Source: Macrostomum lignano (lineage: Eukaryota). From it: 64,000 nt of DNA. The notes beneath the pieces are model-generated. The model saw nothing but the letters and a program-made list of their open reading frames with translations, was not told the origin of the DNA and did no database searches. A program made the translations under genes and the position numbers. Below, one piece after another: positions 1 through 14,200 of this stretch. Numbering within the stretch: the first letter of the stretch is position 1; each line of letters starts with the position of its first letter. The DNA is taken from assembly GCA_002269645.1 (NCBI GenBank), contig NIVC01001990.1:1-64000 (forward strand), in the 5' to 3' direction.

Positions 1-637
1 CTCTCCCTTGAAATTGTCAAGACGCAAGCGCGTTAAAGAAAGTAGAAAGTTTCTGCAGAGCGCCGGCTGCGTGACTTTTCTAAGGAAACAATTTGGAGCA
101 TTACAAAATATAACATTATATTCGGTAATCCATCAAGTCGAAACTTTGAAGAATAATCACCGTTGCCTCGTCATTTCTTTCGTTATCGACAAATGGTCTC
201 GGTGCCTCTTATCCACTTTTCTCTCCCTTTTCTATTTTTTGGGAGAAATTCACATTTTCAGCACTTAAAAGGGCACCTATATTTCTCTTGCTGCCTCCCC
301 TCTCCCGGTTTTCCTTGATCTTGACTGCTTTCCATCTATTGCTTCTAATGGGTGCCATCAATGCTTTGGCGCCTTGCCAGCCTCTATCTCTACGATGGCC
401 CTCTCTAATCCGCTTGCCACTTCGCGCTTCCCCCTCCCCTCTCCCTCTCTATCTCCCTGTCCTGTCCTGTCCGCATCAGCTGAAAATCAACGGCTCTCCT
501 TTCCAATTTCTCTCCAATAGCTTCTTCTCTCGCTGCAGCGGCTCTCTTCTCTCTTTTTTCTCAAAAAGTATCAAAGGAGGCGGGGGCGCGGTCGGTCTCC
601 GTCCGATAATTCGGTCTGCTACGAGCTACAGTTTGCT

Positions 638-751
<114 letters not shown>

Positions 752-1167
752 CCTCTCGTTTTGATGCTCTATATTAGCTATATTGAATATAATGGTAGAT
801 TTTAAATCAGCCACAGATAGTCGCGCCGATCGCTACGCACACGCTCTACGCAATAGTTTCAGGTGCCCTCATAGAGCGAGAATTGCAATCTTTTACTATG
901 CCTAAATATTGTATCAGTATTATAATGAATCCAAAAAAATTTTTTTTACTATTATATTTGACTGTCTTGAAGTCTGTTAGTTCTAGCGTTCCTGTTGTAC
1001 TTTCAAGTTCATAAATAATAATTGTAATAAATCCTTTGCGCGTACGTTGCGCACTTATATAGATACAAGCCACCCAGACACAGCTATCGTAGCCTTTCGC
1101 TTGTGCCTACCGGATGCGCTTTGATCCCGTCCTCCCCGGCTGTATGCCTTTTTCTCCCGCTCTGTTT

Positions 1168-1169
<2 letters not shown>

Positions 1170-1262
<93 letters not shown>
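1170..1262. repeat. (CT)n microsatellite
   Basis: Perfect CT run. Confidence 0.95.
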
Positions 1263-1264
<2 letters not shown>

Positions 1265-1677
1265 AGTTGTATGCTAACCCTTCATAGGTCAGTTTCCTTT
1301 TTAAACCCGATTCCCATACGGTATAGACTAGGCTATCCCGTCCAGTTTGCACTCTAATAAAGTTTCTGACGGCCTCTCTATCTCTCTCTCCGTGTCTGTC
1401 TTTGAAGGTGCTAGATGCCGCAACAAGGCGGAACTTGCAATACCGCTCTCTCTCTCTCTTCCTCTGTGTACGTGGCATGTCTGTCTGCGTGCGTGTTTAT
1501 CATATAGCCTACCGTACCAGCCGTATCCTGTGCTATGTGTCTTTGCTGTGCACCAGCTGTTCCGTTTGTGTCTAGTGCAAACTGATCTGTTAAAACGGAG
1601 AGCTGAAAAAAACAGCAGAACAAGTTTATATGTTTATTGTTTTTGTTTTATTACTTAGATGACTCGGAATCGCTTAG

Positions 1678-2147
1678 GAATCGCTCAGATAGCTTGGGGC
1701 TAGAGGGGAATCGCTCAGATAGCCTGGGGCTAGAGGGGAATCGCTCAGATAGCCTGGGGCTAGAGGGGAATCGCTCAGATAGCCTGGGGCTAGAGGGGAA
1801 TCGCTCAGTAGCCTGGGGCTAGAGGGGAATCGCTCAGATAGCCTGGGGCTAGAGGGGAATCGCTCAGATAGCCTGGGGCTAGAGGGAATCGCTCAGATAG
1901 CCTGGGGCTAGAGGGGAATCGCTCAGATAGCCTGGGGCTAGAGGGGAATCGCTCAGATAGCCTGGGGCTAGAGGGGAATCGCTCAGATAGCCTGGGGCTA
2001 GAGGGGAATCGCTCAGATAGCCTGGGGCTAGAGGGGAATCGCTCAGATAGCCTGGGGCTAGAGGGGAATCGCTCAGATAGCCTGGGGCTAGAGGGGAATC
2101 GCTCAGATAGCCTGGGGCTAGAGGGGAATCGCTCAGATAGTCTGGGG
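1678..2147. repeat. 30-bp minisatellite
   Basis: GAATCGCTCAGATAGCCTGGGGCTAGAGGG x ~15. Confidence 0.95.
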
Positions 2148-3439
2148 CAGAGTGCGGCCCGCCCAGATATCAAACCCTCGCTGACATTTTCGCATAGACC
2201 TGTTCTGCCGACCTCGTCAGATTAAAGTATTAGGCCAAAGTCTTATCCTTTCGCATCGATGAGGCAACGCCCAGGTTTCGCTTCGCCTGGGTTAGCCTAA
2301 TTTTTGTGCCTTACATATCTGCGTCTTCTAACAGATTTTGTGCTCGCTGATCAAGGTAACTACTGGAGTTCCCATTTTTGTTTGAGCGCTTATACTAGTT
2401 CGCGCTTACACCAGTTCGCGCCTATGCCAGTGCACCCCTATGCCCGTCTTTCGATTTATAATCCAAGTCTAAAATGATTGATTTAATTATGTTACAATCT
2501 TCTTTTGCGCCTGTCACAGTCAATCATTTTCATCACTTCCACTACGTGTAAATACCGGTTATGGTTTCCATCCAATTGTATACCTGAGGCGCGGCTATGA
2601 AGCACAAATAGGCGGTATTGAAGCTTTATTTTTTATGGCAGGCTGGCTTAGTGGCTGCGTTTCTGATATTCAATCCTGCATAGTGTAGCCAATATCCTGG
2701 CAGTTTGCCAGTGTGTCTGATGTCTTTCTCTTTCGAAAATTAAAAAAATCCCAAAACCAGCTTGCGTTCTGCTCTTGGTTTTCATTTTTTATTCTGTTTG
2801 CGAAGCTGCTGCCTAATTTCTGTTTTTGCTTTGCTAGCTGAGGCAATACAATAGGATAGGCAATATTGCTTTTTAACCGGGTAAGGAAGGTTTCATATAT
2901 TGGCAGCAGTTGTTGCTGTTGTTGCTTTCGCCTGCTCCTGCTGCTGACCCTGGCCTGACCTACGACGGGGGGTGGGGGTTAGGGTTGCTGGCTAGAGGGA
3001 GAGGTCACAAACATTTTCACTGTCCCTTCCCCTTCTGTATATGGACGGCAGACAGACGAACAGGCAGCATTTGAGGGGCCGTGCTGCATGCTGGCTAAGT
3101 TTAGGGCGAAAGAGAAAGAGAGGCCTGGGAGTTTCGCCTACGTGCGCGAGGAATTAAGCGAATGACTGATGTTCATTTTTGGTACTACGCCTGTCCCGCC
3201 TCTGTTATGACTGTCTCTATTTAGTAAAATTCGATTTCTAATTTCTAAGAGACAATTTAATATTTGCTAAGAATTTAGCGAGAAATAAAATCCTCTAGTT
3301 TGGCGGCAGCTTATTTTAATTGATTAAAAGCCACTAAAAGTACGGATAGATAACCAGAGTGCTCATTGTGAAGGGAGGCTGGCCTGGACAGGTGGGAACA
3401 GGAGAGGTCACTGTGGGGACCGGTAGGTACCAGGAAGGG

Positions 3440-4095
3440 TCACTATGGGGACCGGTGGGTAACCGTAAAGATCACCGAGGCGACCGGTGGGTAACAAGAG
3501 AGGTCACTGAGGGGACCAGTGGGTAACAGTAAAAGTCACTGAGAGGACCGGTGGGTAACAGCAGAGGTCACTGAGGGGACCGGTGGGTATCAAGAGAGGT
3601 TACTGAGGGGACCGGTGGGTAACAAGAGAGGTCACTGAGGGGACCGGTGGGTAACAGTAAAGGTCACCGAGGGGACAGGTGGGTAACAAGAGGTCACTGA
3701 GGACCAGTGGGTAACAGTAAAAGTCACTGAGAGGACCGGTGGGTAACAGCAGAGGTCACTGAGGGGACCGGTGGGTAACAAGAGAGGTTACTGAGGGGAC
3801 CGGTGGGTAACAAGAGAGGTCACTGAGGGACCGGTGGGTAACAGTAAAGGTCACCGAAGGGACAGGTGGGTAACAAGAGGTCACTGAGGACCAGTGGGTA
3901 ACAGTAAAAGTCACTGAGAGGACCGGTGGGTAACAGCAGAGGTCACTGAGGGGACCGGTGGGTAACAAGAGAGGTTACTGAGGGGACCGGTGGGTAACAA
4001 GAGAGGTCACTGAGGGGACCGGTGGGTAACAGTAAAGGTCACCGAGGGAACAGGTGGGTAACAAGAGGTCACTGAGGGGACCGGTGGGTAACAAG
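3440..4095. repeat. ~28-31-bp minisatellite
   Basis: GGTCACTGAGGGGACCGGTGGGTAACAAGAGA and variants. Confidence 0.9.
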
Positions 4096-4149
4096 ATAAT
4101 TGCCTTGTGGACTATTTGGTGACAAATGTAATTACGGACTAATGGCAGT

Positions 4150-4850
4150 AAGTAACAGTAATGTCACACTGTATGGACTAGTGAGTCACAGGAATGTCAC
4201 ACTGTATGGACTAGTGAGTAACAGTAATGTCACACTGTATGGACTAGTGAGTAACAGGAATGTCACACTGTATGGACTAGTGAATCACAGGAATGTCACA
4301 CTGTATGGACTAGTGAGTCACAGTAATGTCACACTGTATGGACTAGTGAGTAACAGTAATGTCGCACTGTATGGACTAGTGAATCACAGGAATGTCGCAC
4401 TGTATGGACTAGTGAATCACAGGAATGTCACACTGTATGGACTAGTGAATCACAGGAATGTCACACTGTATGGACTAGTGAGTAACAGTAATGTCACACT
4501 GTATGGACTAGTGAGTAACAGGAATGTCACACTGTATGGACTAGTGAGTAACAGTAATGTCGCACTGTATGGACTAGTGAGTAACAGGAATGTCACACTG
4601 TATGGACTAGTGAGTAACAGTAATGTCACACTGTATGGACTAGTGAATCACAGGAATGTCACACTGTATGGACTAGTGAGTAACAGTAATGTCACACTGT
4701 ATGAACTAGTGAGTAACAGGAATGTCACACTGTATGAACTAGTGAGTAACAGTAATGTCACACTGTATGAACTAGTGAGTAACAGGAATGTCACACTGTA
4801 TGAACTAGTGAGTAACAGTAATGTCGCACTGTATGGACTAGTGAGTAACA
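4150..4850. repeat. 33-bp minisatellite
   Basis: AATGTCACACTGTATGGACTAGTGAGTAACAGT x ~21. Confidence 0.95.
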
Positions 4851-5218
4851 AAAAAGTTAATTGAAGGACTGGTAAAGAGGCAGATAGAATAGAAATGAGC
4901 AAGTGAGTCCAGTATTAGAGACTTGTATAAACCGCATACTAAAAATCGAATGCTGAAATCCAGCAGCCTCTCAAATTGCAGACGTAGCAGTCCAGAAATG
5001 AGGTGATAGGGGCGCAGGGCGGTGATATTCCACCCAAATATTTCTTCAAGTCTTAATTCAGAGCGGCTGGAGTGCAATAAATGGTCAGCGGCGGGCCTTC
5101 AGCTGCCTGGTGTCGCATTTCAGTCAGTGCACTTTAGCCAGGCCGTATTGCAGTTGTTTATTGCTCAAGTCGCATTTTTTAATACTTATTTTTATTTCAA
5201 CAAAAACCTGCAGGCTCG

Positions 5219-8200
5219 ATGAATGGCGACAACGGCCAGCAGCAGCAATACAGCGGCTTCGGTGGCCACCCAGGCCGTCAGTCTCATCAATCGCCTCGGC
5301 TTAATTATGCATCCGCCAATCATCAGCATCAGCAGCATCAGCATCAGCAGCATCAGCATCAGCAGCCGCAGCAGTTGCTTTCCCAGCAGCTGCATCATCA
5401 TTCTTATCAGCAGCAGCAGCACCAGCACAATCCGCAGCCAATGCCGCAGCCATTGCAGCAGCAGCAGCAGCCAGCGCAGTCTCAGTGTCGCTCGGCGACA
5501 GAAAATGGAGTTGGCGACAGTTCGTCCTCCGTTGACGAGTTCCCAGAGTTCCCGCCTAGGCCTCGCCGGCAGCAGCAGAGGGGGCTAAGCAGCTGACACC
5601 GTCAACAGCGGCCACCTCGCCTACGCCACCTTCAACAGCGTCGACCGCTGAATTCGGCGGCGCCGCTCAATCCGCGCCCGCTGCCGCGGCTGAGCCGCAG
5701 CCGGATCTCCGCAGCCTGATGCAGCAGGCTGGCATCACAGAGGAGGCGCTGCGCCAGGCTCTCACCTGCGTCAAGCCGCCAAGCGTCTCCGAGATTGAGC
5801 TGAAAAGCGCCCTAATCCGCTTGTTCCCGCCGCCGCCCGACCGCCTGCCCGAGGCCTTCTATCCCTGTCTGAATTTCGAGCTCCACCTGTCCGACTCAGG
5901 CTCGGACGCGGCTTATAATCGAGTATTCGACGGCCAAGCCGAAGAGATTAGCCTTCAAGATTTGAGACCGAATCGCGAGTATCACGTCAAAGCTTTGGCT
6001 AAGCTGGACTCGCTGCGCGGCAAGTTCACCCAGCCGAAAGCTTTCTGCACCCTGTGCCGGCCGCCCGCCGCCCCGGCGGCTCCGCATCTGGCTAGCCGAA
6101 CTAAAAATAGCCTGCTGGTGCGCTGGCCAGCTTCTGATGAGGACAATGGCGCCAAAGTGGTCGCCTACTTGCTGGAGTGCGCAACTAAAGCGTCAGACAG
6201 TGGTAAGCGTTCGCCTGCTTTTGGAAACTTTATTTAAGGCTTTAGGAGTTTCAGGGAGTTTGGGGAAGGTTCTTGGGGCCTGAGGGATTTTGGGCTAGAC
6301 AGTTGGGGCTCGGGAAAGTTCCGCTAAGATCTTGAAGCTTGGGGAATTTCGTGTAAGATCTTAAAGCTTGGGGAATTTCGTGTAAGATCTTGAAGCTCGG
6401 GGAATTTCGGGGAAGATCTTGAAGCTCGGGGAATTTCGGGGAAGATCTTGAAGCTCGGGGAATTTCGCGGAAGATCTTGAAGCTTGGGGAGTTTCGGGGA
6501 AGATCTTGAAGCTTGGGGAATTTCGTGTAAGATCTTGAAGCTTGGGGAATTTCGGGGACGATCTTGAAGCTCGAGGAATTTCGGGGAAGATCTTGAAGCT
6601 CGAGGAATTTCGGGGAAGATCTTGAAGCTTGGGGAATTTCGGGAAAGATCTTGAAGCTCGGGGAATTTCGGGGAAGATCTTGAAGCTCGGGGAATTTCGG
6701 GGAAGATCTTGAATCTCAGGGAATTTCGGGGAAGATATTGAATCTCAGGGAATTTTGGGGAGGATCTTGAAGCTTGGGGAATTTCGTGTAAGATCTTGAA
6801 GCTTCGGGAATTTCGTGTAAGATCTTGAAGCTTCGGGAATTTCGTGTAAGATCTTGAAGCTTCGGGAATTTCGTGTAAGATCTTGAAGCTTCGGGAATTT
6901 CGTGTAAGATCTTGAAGCTTCGGGAATTTCGTGTAAGATCTTGAAGCTTCGGGAATTTCGTGTAAGATCTTGAAGCTTCGGGAATTTCGTGTAAGATCTT
7001 GAAGCTTCGGGAATTTCGTGTAAGATCTTGAAGCTTCGGGAATTTCGTGTAAGATCTTGAAGCTTCGGGAATTTCGTGTAAGATCTTGAAGCTACGGGAA
7101 TTTCGTGTAAGATCTTGAAGCTTCGGGAATTTCGTGTAAGATCTTGAAGCTTGGGGAATTTCGTGTAAGATCTTGAAGCTTCGGGAATTTCGTGTAAGAT
7201 CTTGAAGCTTCGGGAATTTCGTGTAAGATCTTGAAGCTACGGGAATTTCGTGTAAGATCTTGAAGCTTGGGGAATTTCGGGCAAGACTTATGGGGCTTGG
7301 AGAAATTAGGAGATAATCTTCAGACTGTGGCCGTGGGTATTTCAGGAGAATTTCCTTAGACTTAGGGGAATTTCGAGGTGGAATCTTAAAACCTGGAGAA
7401 CTAAAGTAACGTCTTAGAAGTAAGTTTCATAGAACTCTTCTTTGAGAAGCAGCACTTGTTTGAGTAGTAGGAATAATTTCGGTAAAAAAATTTCGCTACT
7501 GAGTTGCTGGAGCACCTGACCAGATATTTTCACAGATTGAGAGCAGAAAATCAAGAATGATTTTATCACCAGGAGCAGCGCTTTTGCCATAAAAAAGCAG
7601 CACAGACGATTACAGGCCGTTTTTTGTGTCTCCATTCATTTGGCAGCATAGACTGGGGTTTTTCTTTGAGTCTGTAGCGTGTGGGATTTTGTTTTGTTTG
7701 TTTCCTTCTTTGTACCACGGTATATGATAAGCGTGCGCGGGTGCGAATGCGGATGGAATTTCGGGGCCGGACATACTCGGTCGGTTTTTTTATGGGGGGG
7801 GTGGGAATTTCTGATTCGGTTTCATAATATGCGAATGAAAGAGATTCACTATGGTTCAGGTGCGACTGAACTTTTGAGGGTGCAGGTGGGTTGGATAAAC
7901 AAGATATTTGGCGCCTTTCTCTGAGTTTGGCGTCTTCCTTTTTCCGAGTTTGGCGCCCTTTTCTCATTTTTGTGCCTTTCTTTGATTTTGGCGCCTTTCT
8001 CTGATTTTGTCGCCTTTCTTTGATCCTCTGTAAAGATTCTAGCTCACTATTTGCTACTAGCCTGCCGTAGCTACCCTGTTACAGATGTCGGCGCCTCCTG
8101 TTAGATATCGGCGCCCTCTGTTACAGATATCGGCGCCCTCTGATACAGATATCGGCGCCCTCTGATACATATATCGACGCCCCCTGTTAGAGATATCGGC

Positions 8201-11200
8201 GCCCTCTGTTACAGATATCGGCGCCCCCTGTTATAGATATCGGCGCCTCCCTGTTACAGATATCGGCGCCTCCCTGTTACAGATATCGGCGCCCCCTGTT
8301 ATAGATATCGGCGCTCCCCTGTTACAGATATCGGCGCCTCCCTGTTACAGATATCGGCGCCTCCCTGTTACAGATATCGGCGCCTCCCTGTTACAGATAT
8401 CGGCGCCCCTGTTAGAGATATCGGCGCCCCTGTTACAGATATCGGCGCCTCCCTGTTGCAGATATCGGCGCCTCCCTGCTACAGATATAGACCCCCCTGT
8501 TACAGATATCGGCGCCTCCCTGTTACAGATATAGACCCCAGTTACAGATATCGGCGCTCCCCTGTTACAGATATCGGCGCTCCCCTGTTACAGATGTCGG
8601 CGCCTCCTGTTAGATATCGGCGCCCCCTGTTACAGATATCGGCGCCCCCTGTTAGAGACTTTAAGTCGACGCCTATTTTTATACGGTCAACCTCATCTTT
8701 AAGGATTTAATTGCCTTGCGTTATGAACCATAACCTCTAATAATAGATGAAGATGCAATCAATCTGTTGCCGCCCGCTTCTCATCGTTTCAGTCTCGGCG
8801 CCGGACTTCGCCGAGGTGTATCGCGGCGCTCAGCGCCAATTTAAGCTAACAAAACTATCGCCTAATACCCTCTATAGCCTGCGCGTTGCCGCGGTTAATT
8901 CTAAAGGCGTTGGAGATTATTCAGCCATTGTTGACATGGCAACCAGCCGGGCAGCGCCGCCGCAGCCAGATCCGCCCAGCTTGGCGCAGCGGGGCGTCCG
9001 CTCCCTTACTGTGGCCTGGCAGTCCGGCCAGCAGCCGCTGTCCGAGGACGAATTCGTACTGCAGATGAATGACGAGGACACCGGGCACGGCTTCATGACG
9101 GTGTACAGCGGGCCGGAGCTCAGCCACCGGGTGTCGCATCTGCGCAGGAACACCGAGTACCGATTCCGGCTGCAGGCCATCAACGATGACGGCGCATCCA
9201 AGTGGAGCGCCGAGGCGGCCTACGCCACCCTGCCGGACAAGCCCAGGCGGCCCGACCGGCCGACCCTGCGCGGACAGCCGCGGCCGAACTCGTTCCGACT
9301 GGCTTGGGAGGCGCCAAGCGACGATGGCGGAATGCCGCTGCTGGCTTATCAGGTGCGTTGCTTTTCTATCTATCGAATACTAGCGGCTTCTGTTTAGCAA
9401 TCTAGCGGCTTCTGTTTAGCAATCTAGCGGCTTCTGTTTAGCAATCTAGCGGCTTCTGTTTAGCAATCTAGCGGCTTCTGTTTATCGATCTAGCGGCTTC
9501 TGTTTAGCGATCTAGCGGCTTCTGTTTAGCGATCTAGCGGCTTCTGTTTATCGATCTAGCGGCTTCTGTTTAGCGATCTAGCGGCTTCTGTTTATCGATC
9601 TAGCGGCTTCTGTTTAGCGATCTAGCGACATCTGTTTAGCGATCTAGCGGCTTCTGTCTAGCGATCTAGCGGCTTCTGTTTAGCGATCTAGCGGCTTCTG
9701 TCTAGCGATCTAGCGGCTTCTGTCTAGCGATCTAGCGGCTTCTATTTAGTGATCTAGCTGATTACAGATATGCTCGTATCGGCCCCTAGCCATAGATAAA
9801 CTACGAGTAATTACCATAGACAATCTTGTGACCATAGACAATCTAGTGACCATAGACAATCTTGTGACCATAGACAATCTAGTGACCATAGACAATCTTG
9901 TGACCATAGACAATCTTGTGACCATAGACAATCTAGTGACCATAGACAATCTTGTGACCATAGACAATCTAGTTACCATAGACAATCTTGTGACCATAGA
10001 CAATCTAGTGACCATCGACAATCTAGTGACCATAGACAATCTAGTGACTATAGACAATCTAGTGACCATCGACAATCTAGTGAACATAGACAATCCAGTC
10101 TACGTCTATCGAAGATTTAAACCAGCGATAAAATCTAATAAAAGTAAATTTGTGATCACCAACAATAGTTTTCCTACCCCTCCTAATCACCGTTAATCCT
10201 CATCAGGTTGCAATCGAGCCAGGCGGCGTGCTGGCAGATTCAGTGCCGCCAGAACAGCGCGAGTTCACTGTCCAAGGCCTGGAGCCCGGCTGCAGCTACT
10301 TGGCCACAGTGCAGGCGCGGTCTAGCGCGGGCCTGTCCCCAGCCAGCGAGCCCCTGACGGTTGTCACCGCACCTGTAGCGCCAGACGCTCCGGCACCGCC
10401 GCGTCTTCAAGGCCGGCCTAGAGCGGCTCTGCTCTGCTTGGCCTGGTCGCCGCCCAGGTACACTGGCGGCGCCGAGATCACCGGCTATGAAGTGTGCATG
10501 GACTGTTTGGGACCGGCTGAAGCCGGATTGCCAGATGCCGAAGCTGGAGGCGGCCTGTCAGGCGATACTGACAAGCAACAGCAGCAGCAGCAATATTTGG
10601 AACCCGTCACTCGGCAGGTGCGTGTGTCGCTTGCGTGTGTCCTTTGGCTAGATTATCTGGCAGAGTCTGTCTGAGCTGGAAAGGGGTTTCCGGGCGTCTG
10701 TATACAGCGGGGAGGCGTCGCCGCCCATTCCGATAATCCCTGGCGACTGCGAGCAGCTGGTTTTGCTGTGTCGTGCAGGGAGATCCGGGAGGTGGATGGT
10801 TCCTCGCCCGGTAGCCCTTGGGTAGCGGACGAGCTGGCAGAGATTCTCGGGGCCTGAAGACGGAGAGGTGCGGGTTTGGGCCGACGTAGGTGAGCCTGTC
10901 CTGAGTAAAGGCTAGGGGGGGGGGCATTCACAGATGAACTGCTCCGCATTCTCGACACCGGAGAGGCAGAATGTAAGGATGATTTAGCAACGCTTGGCAA
11001 AACAGCCATGACCCGATAGGGCCATGGTCCTCGCTGTTCCTAACTAGCAATCATAAGTACAGAGATGCTAAGCTGACTAGCTGAAAAGTTTTGTTTGGAT
11101 TCTGAAAAGCATCCTCGCGCACTGCTCTCCACAGGTGTACAAAGGCGCCGCTCTAGAGTGCTCAGTCACGGGTCTGGTGCCCGGCCACGCCTACGCATTC

Positions 11201-14200
11201 AGATTGCGCGCCAATAATCGGGCCGGCTCCGGCGCCTGGTCAGAGCCGCTGCGCGTAGCCAGCGCCCCCGGCGTGCCGGACGCGCCTCCCGCGCCAATTG
11301 TTTCCTGCCGGTCTCCGCACACGGCCTCAGTGGCCTGGACTAGTCCGCCTTGTAGGGGCGCCGTCATCTCCGAGTATCGCCTCGAATGGCAGCCGCGGCC
11401 CGGTGCTGACTTCGCGCTGGTGGGTGTTCGAACCTGCATTTTGAGGGATTTTTCTGGTGGGGATAGTTGCTAGAAATGGGCCCGCTAGCCGTCCAGCTGG
11501 TGGACTATCAGAGTTCTTTAATTAGTAGTACACCTTGCTTCTTAATCCAGCTCTCACTTCTCTAATCTTCAAGTGGCGCTTATCCCTTCCCTAATGTTTC
11601 AAGTGGCGCTTATCCCTTCCCTAATTTTTCAAGTGGTGCTTATCCCTTCCCTAATGTTTCAAGTGGCGCTTATCCCTTCCCTAATTTTTCAAGTGGCGCT
11701 TATCCCTTCCCTAATGTTTCAAGTGGCGCTTATCCCTTCCCTAATTTTTCAAGTGGCGCTTATCCCTTCCCTAATGTTTCAAGTGGCGCTTATCCCTTCC
11801 CTAATTTTTCAAGTGGCGCTTATCCCTTCCCTAATGTTTCAAGTGGCGCTTATCCCTTCCCTAATTTTTCAAGTGGCGCTTATCCCTTCCCTAATGTTTC
11901 AAGTGGCGCTTATCCCTTCCCTAATTTTTCAAGTGGCGCTTATCCCTTCCCTAATGTTTCAAGTGGCGCTTATCCCTTCCCTAATTTTTCAAGTGGCGCT
12001 TATCCCTTCCCTAATGTTTCAAGTGGCGCTTATCCCTTCCCTAATTTTTCAAGTGGCGCTTATCCCTTCCCTAATGTTTCAAGTGGCGCTTATCCCTTCC
12101 TAATCTTTCAAGTGGCGCTTATCCCTTCCTAATTTTTCAAGTGGCGCTTATCCCTTCCTTAATTTTTTAATTGGCACTTATCCCTTCCCTAATCCTTCAT
12201 GTGGTGTTAACTCTAGGATACAGAGCAAGCTTCATCTAGACATTGGGTTGAGTCCTTGGCTTCACTGCTCCGGTCCAGTGCGAGATCTCTGACAGAGTCT
12301 GTCTCTGGCCCTAGCGGAGATGCTAAGATTATTTTGAGATATATTTCTTAAGCCGGGTAAATTGCTTCTAGCTGTCCCATTACTATTCTGTGTGTGTGTA
12401 TCGAAGGGATATCGAGGGTTAATGGGAGAGGGCGGGACAAGACTTGGCCCAGCTTAGTGGGAGATTGCAGCTGGCCTCTTGCCCTCTCTTTCCCGGAATC
12501 TCCGACCCCTCCGGCCGTGTCTGCCTCTCGTGTAGTGGCGACAGCTGAAGCAGTAATATTCGGATATAGAAGCACTCGGATCCCGCGTGTCCTGTCGACC
12601 ACCACTTCATCCCCTTCTCATTCCCCTCCCCCGGCAGCCTTGACTCTATATTCGTATGGTGTATGTATTATTAATACCTGCCAGCCAATTAGTCTTGGTT
12701 TCCTCATACACAAATCCCCGTAGCGTTCCCCTCGGCAGCGCCAGTGCTGCTAATGCTAACTTCACTTTCACTACGAATTATCATCGGCGGTAAGCGTCTA
12801 ATAGGGTTTACTTAGCTCCTCATTTTACCGAACGTTAGCAGGTAAAAAAACTGTTATTAGCACTGGTAGGCGAGCCATTTAGGTGTTTATACGAGATATT
12901 TTGATAAAATATCCGTTAACAAGCCGTTTTCTACTATTAGTAGTAGCACTAGGATATCAAAGAAGTTGTAAAATTTAGAATAACCAAATTTGGAAATCTA
13001 TGCAGCCCAACAACAGCTAAATGCCCCTTAAGTCTCACGCTGGCGCCCATGGTGCTGGCGCCCCTGGTGCTGGCGCGTCTGGTGCTGGCGCGTCTGGTGC
13101 TGGCGCGTCTGGTGCTGGCGCGTCTGGTGCTGGCGCGTCTGGTGCTGGCGCGTCTGGTGCTGGCGCGTCTGGTGCTGGCGCGTCTGGTGCTGGCGTCCCT
13201 GATGCTGGCGCCACTCAAATAAAATGGTGCCGACTCAAATAAACTGACATCTACTCAAACTTTTGGCGGCTGGGTTTAGCTGTTGTAGGGATGTGTTGCG
13301 GTTGTAAAACTGGAGCCAAATCATATTGCATACTAAATTACTTCTAGGCACTAAAAATTGAAATGATGCCCATCACTGTTCCAAATTTCAGCTGTACACC
13401 GGCGATGCTTTACACTACGAGGCGAAGAATCTTCAGCCGGCCACTATTTATAGCTTTCGAGTTCAGGTTCGTGCTTCACTTCTAGCTAAATTTATTACTG
13501 TGTCATCTGATGCCAGTTGATAGCTTTATGACTAGAAATTAAAGACTAGCTAGATTAGTATATACGCCTGACCCACTGCAAGGTAGTCACTGCTGCCAAG
13601 GTGTGCAGCGGTCCCTAACCATGGCCGATTCTGCTTAACTTGCAGCAGTGCCAACACTTTCTATTACGAATCGCTGAAGATTCAAGGGTGTACAACGGCT
13701 CCGGCTTTCTTAATCGTCAGGCATGTACACCCTCTGCGGCCTGGGGGTTGGCCATCATGGGGACAACACTAATCAAGCAGGATAATTGTCGTGATGAATT
13801 ATCCCCCCTACCTGACTGTTTTCAGGCTGTCAACAGCGCGGGCGCCGGCCAGTTCTCGTTGCCGACCCGAGCAGCCACGCCGCCCAGCTCTCCAGACGCT
13901 GTTCAAGGCCTTCGAGCTGTGGCGCAGGCCACGTCTCTAGCAGTGAGTTGGTCCGCGCCAAGCGACAATGGCTCGGAGATTAGCGGCTACTCGGTGTGCG
14001 TTAACGAGAAGCCGCCTGTGCAATTGGGCCCAGATGAGACTGAGCTCACTGTGCCCGATCTGCAGCCCGACACTCAGTACAAGGTGTGCATATTTTTATA
14101 GTTGCTCTCATGCCAACAGCCCCTTCTGCTTAAAGCTATGCATGATTCATGATCGATATTCATTGACTCCTGTTTTCATTTGTTCATCCGGTTTAATAAG

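Noticed and set aside
1678-2147. Regular 30-bp direct repeats (and others of 20-41 bp) as a CRISPR array
   Set aside because: Units are head-to-tail with no unique spacers, no cas genes are present, and the context is eukaryotic.
4100-4864. 254-aa ORF and similar long periodic ORFs (11573, 14232, 16324, 39673-41016, 42964-43699, 57744-58195)
   Set aside because: These are translations of stop-free minisatellite units, often open in several frames and on both strands, and mostly inside introns of well-supported genes.
10618-11134. Possible hammerhead ribozyme or retroelement fragment in FNDC3 intron 3 (CTGAAGA motif)
   Set aside because: No GAAA or stem III in the required geometry; the overlapping ORFs have no recognisable domain.
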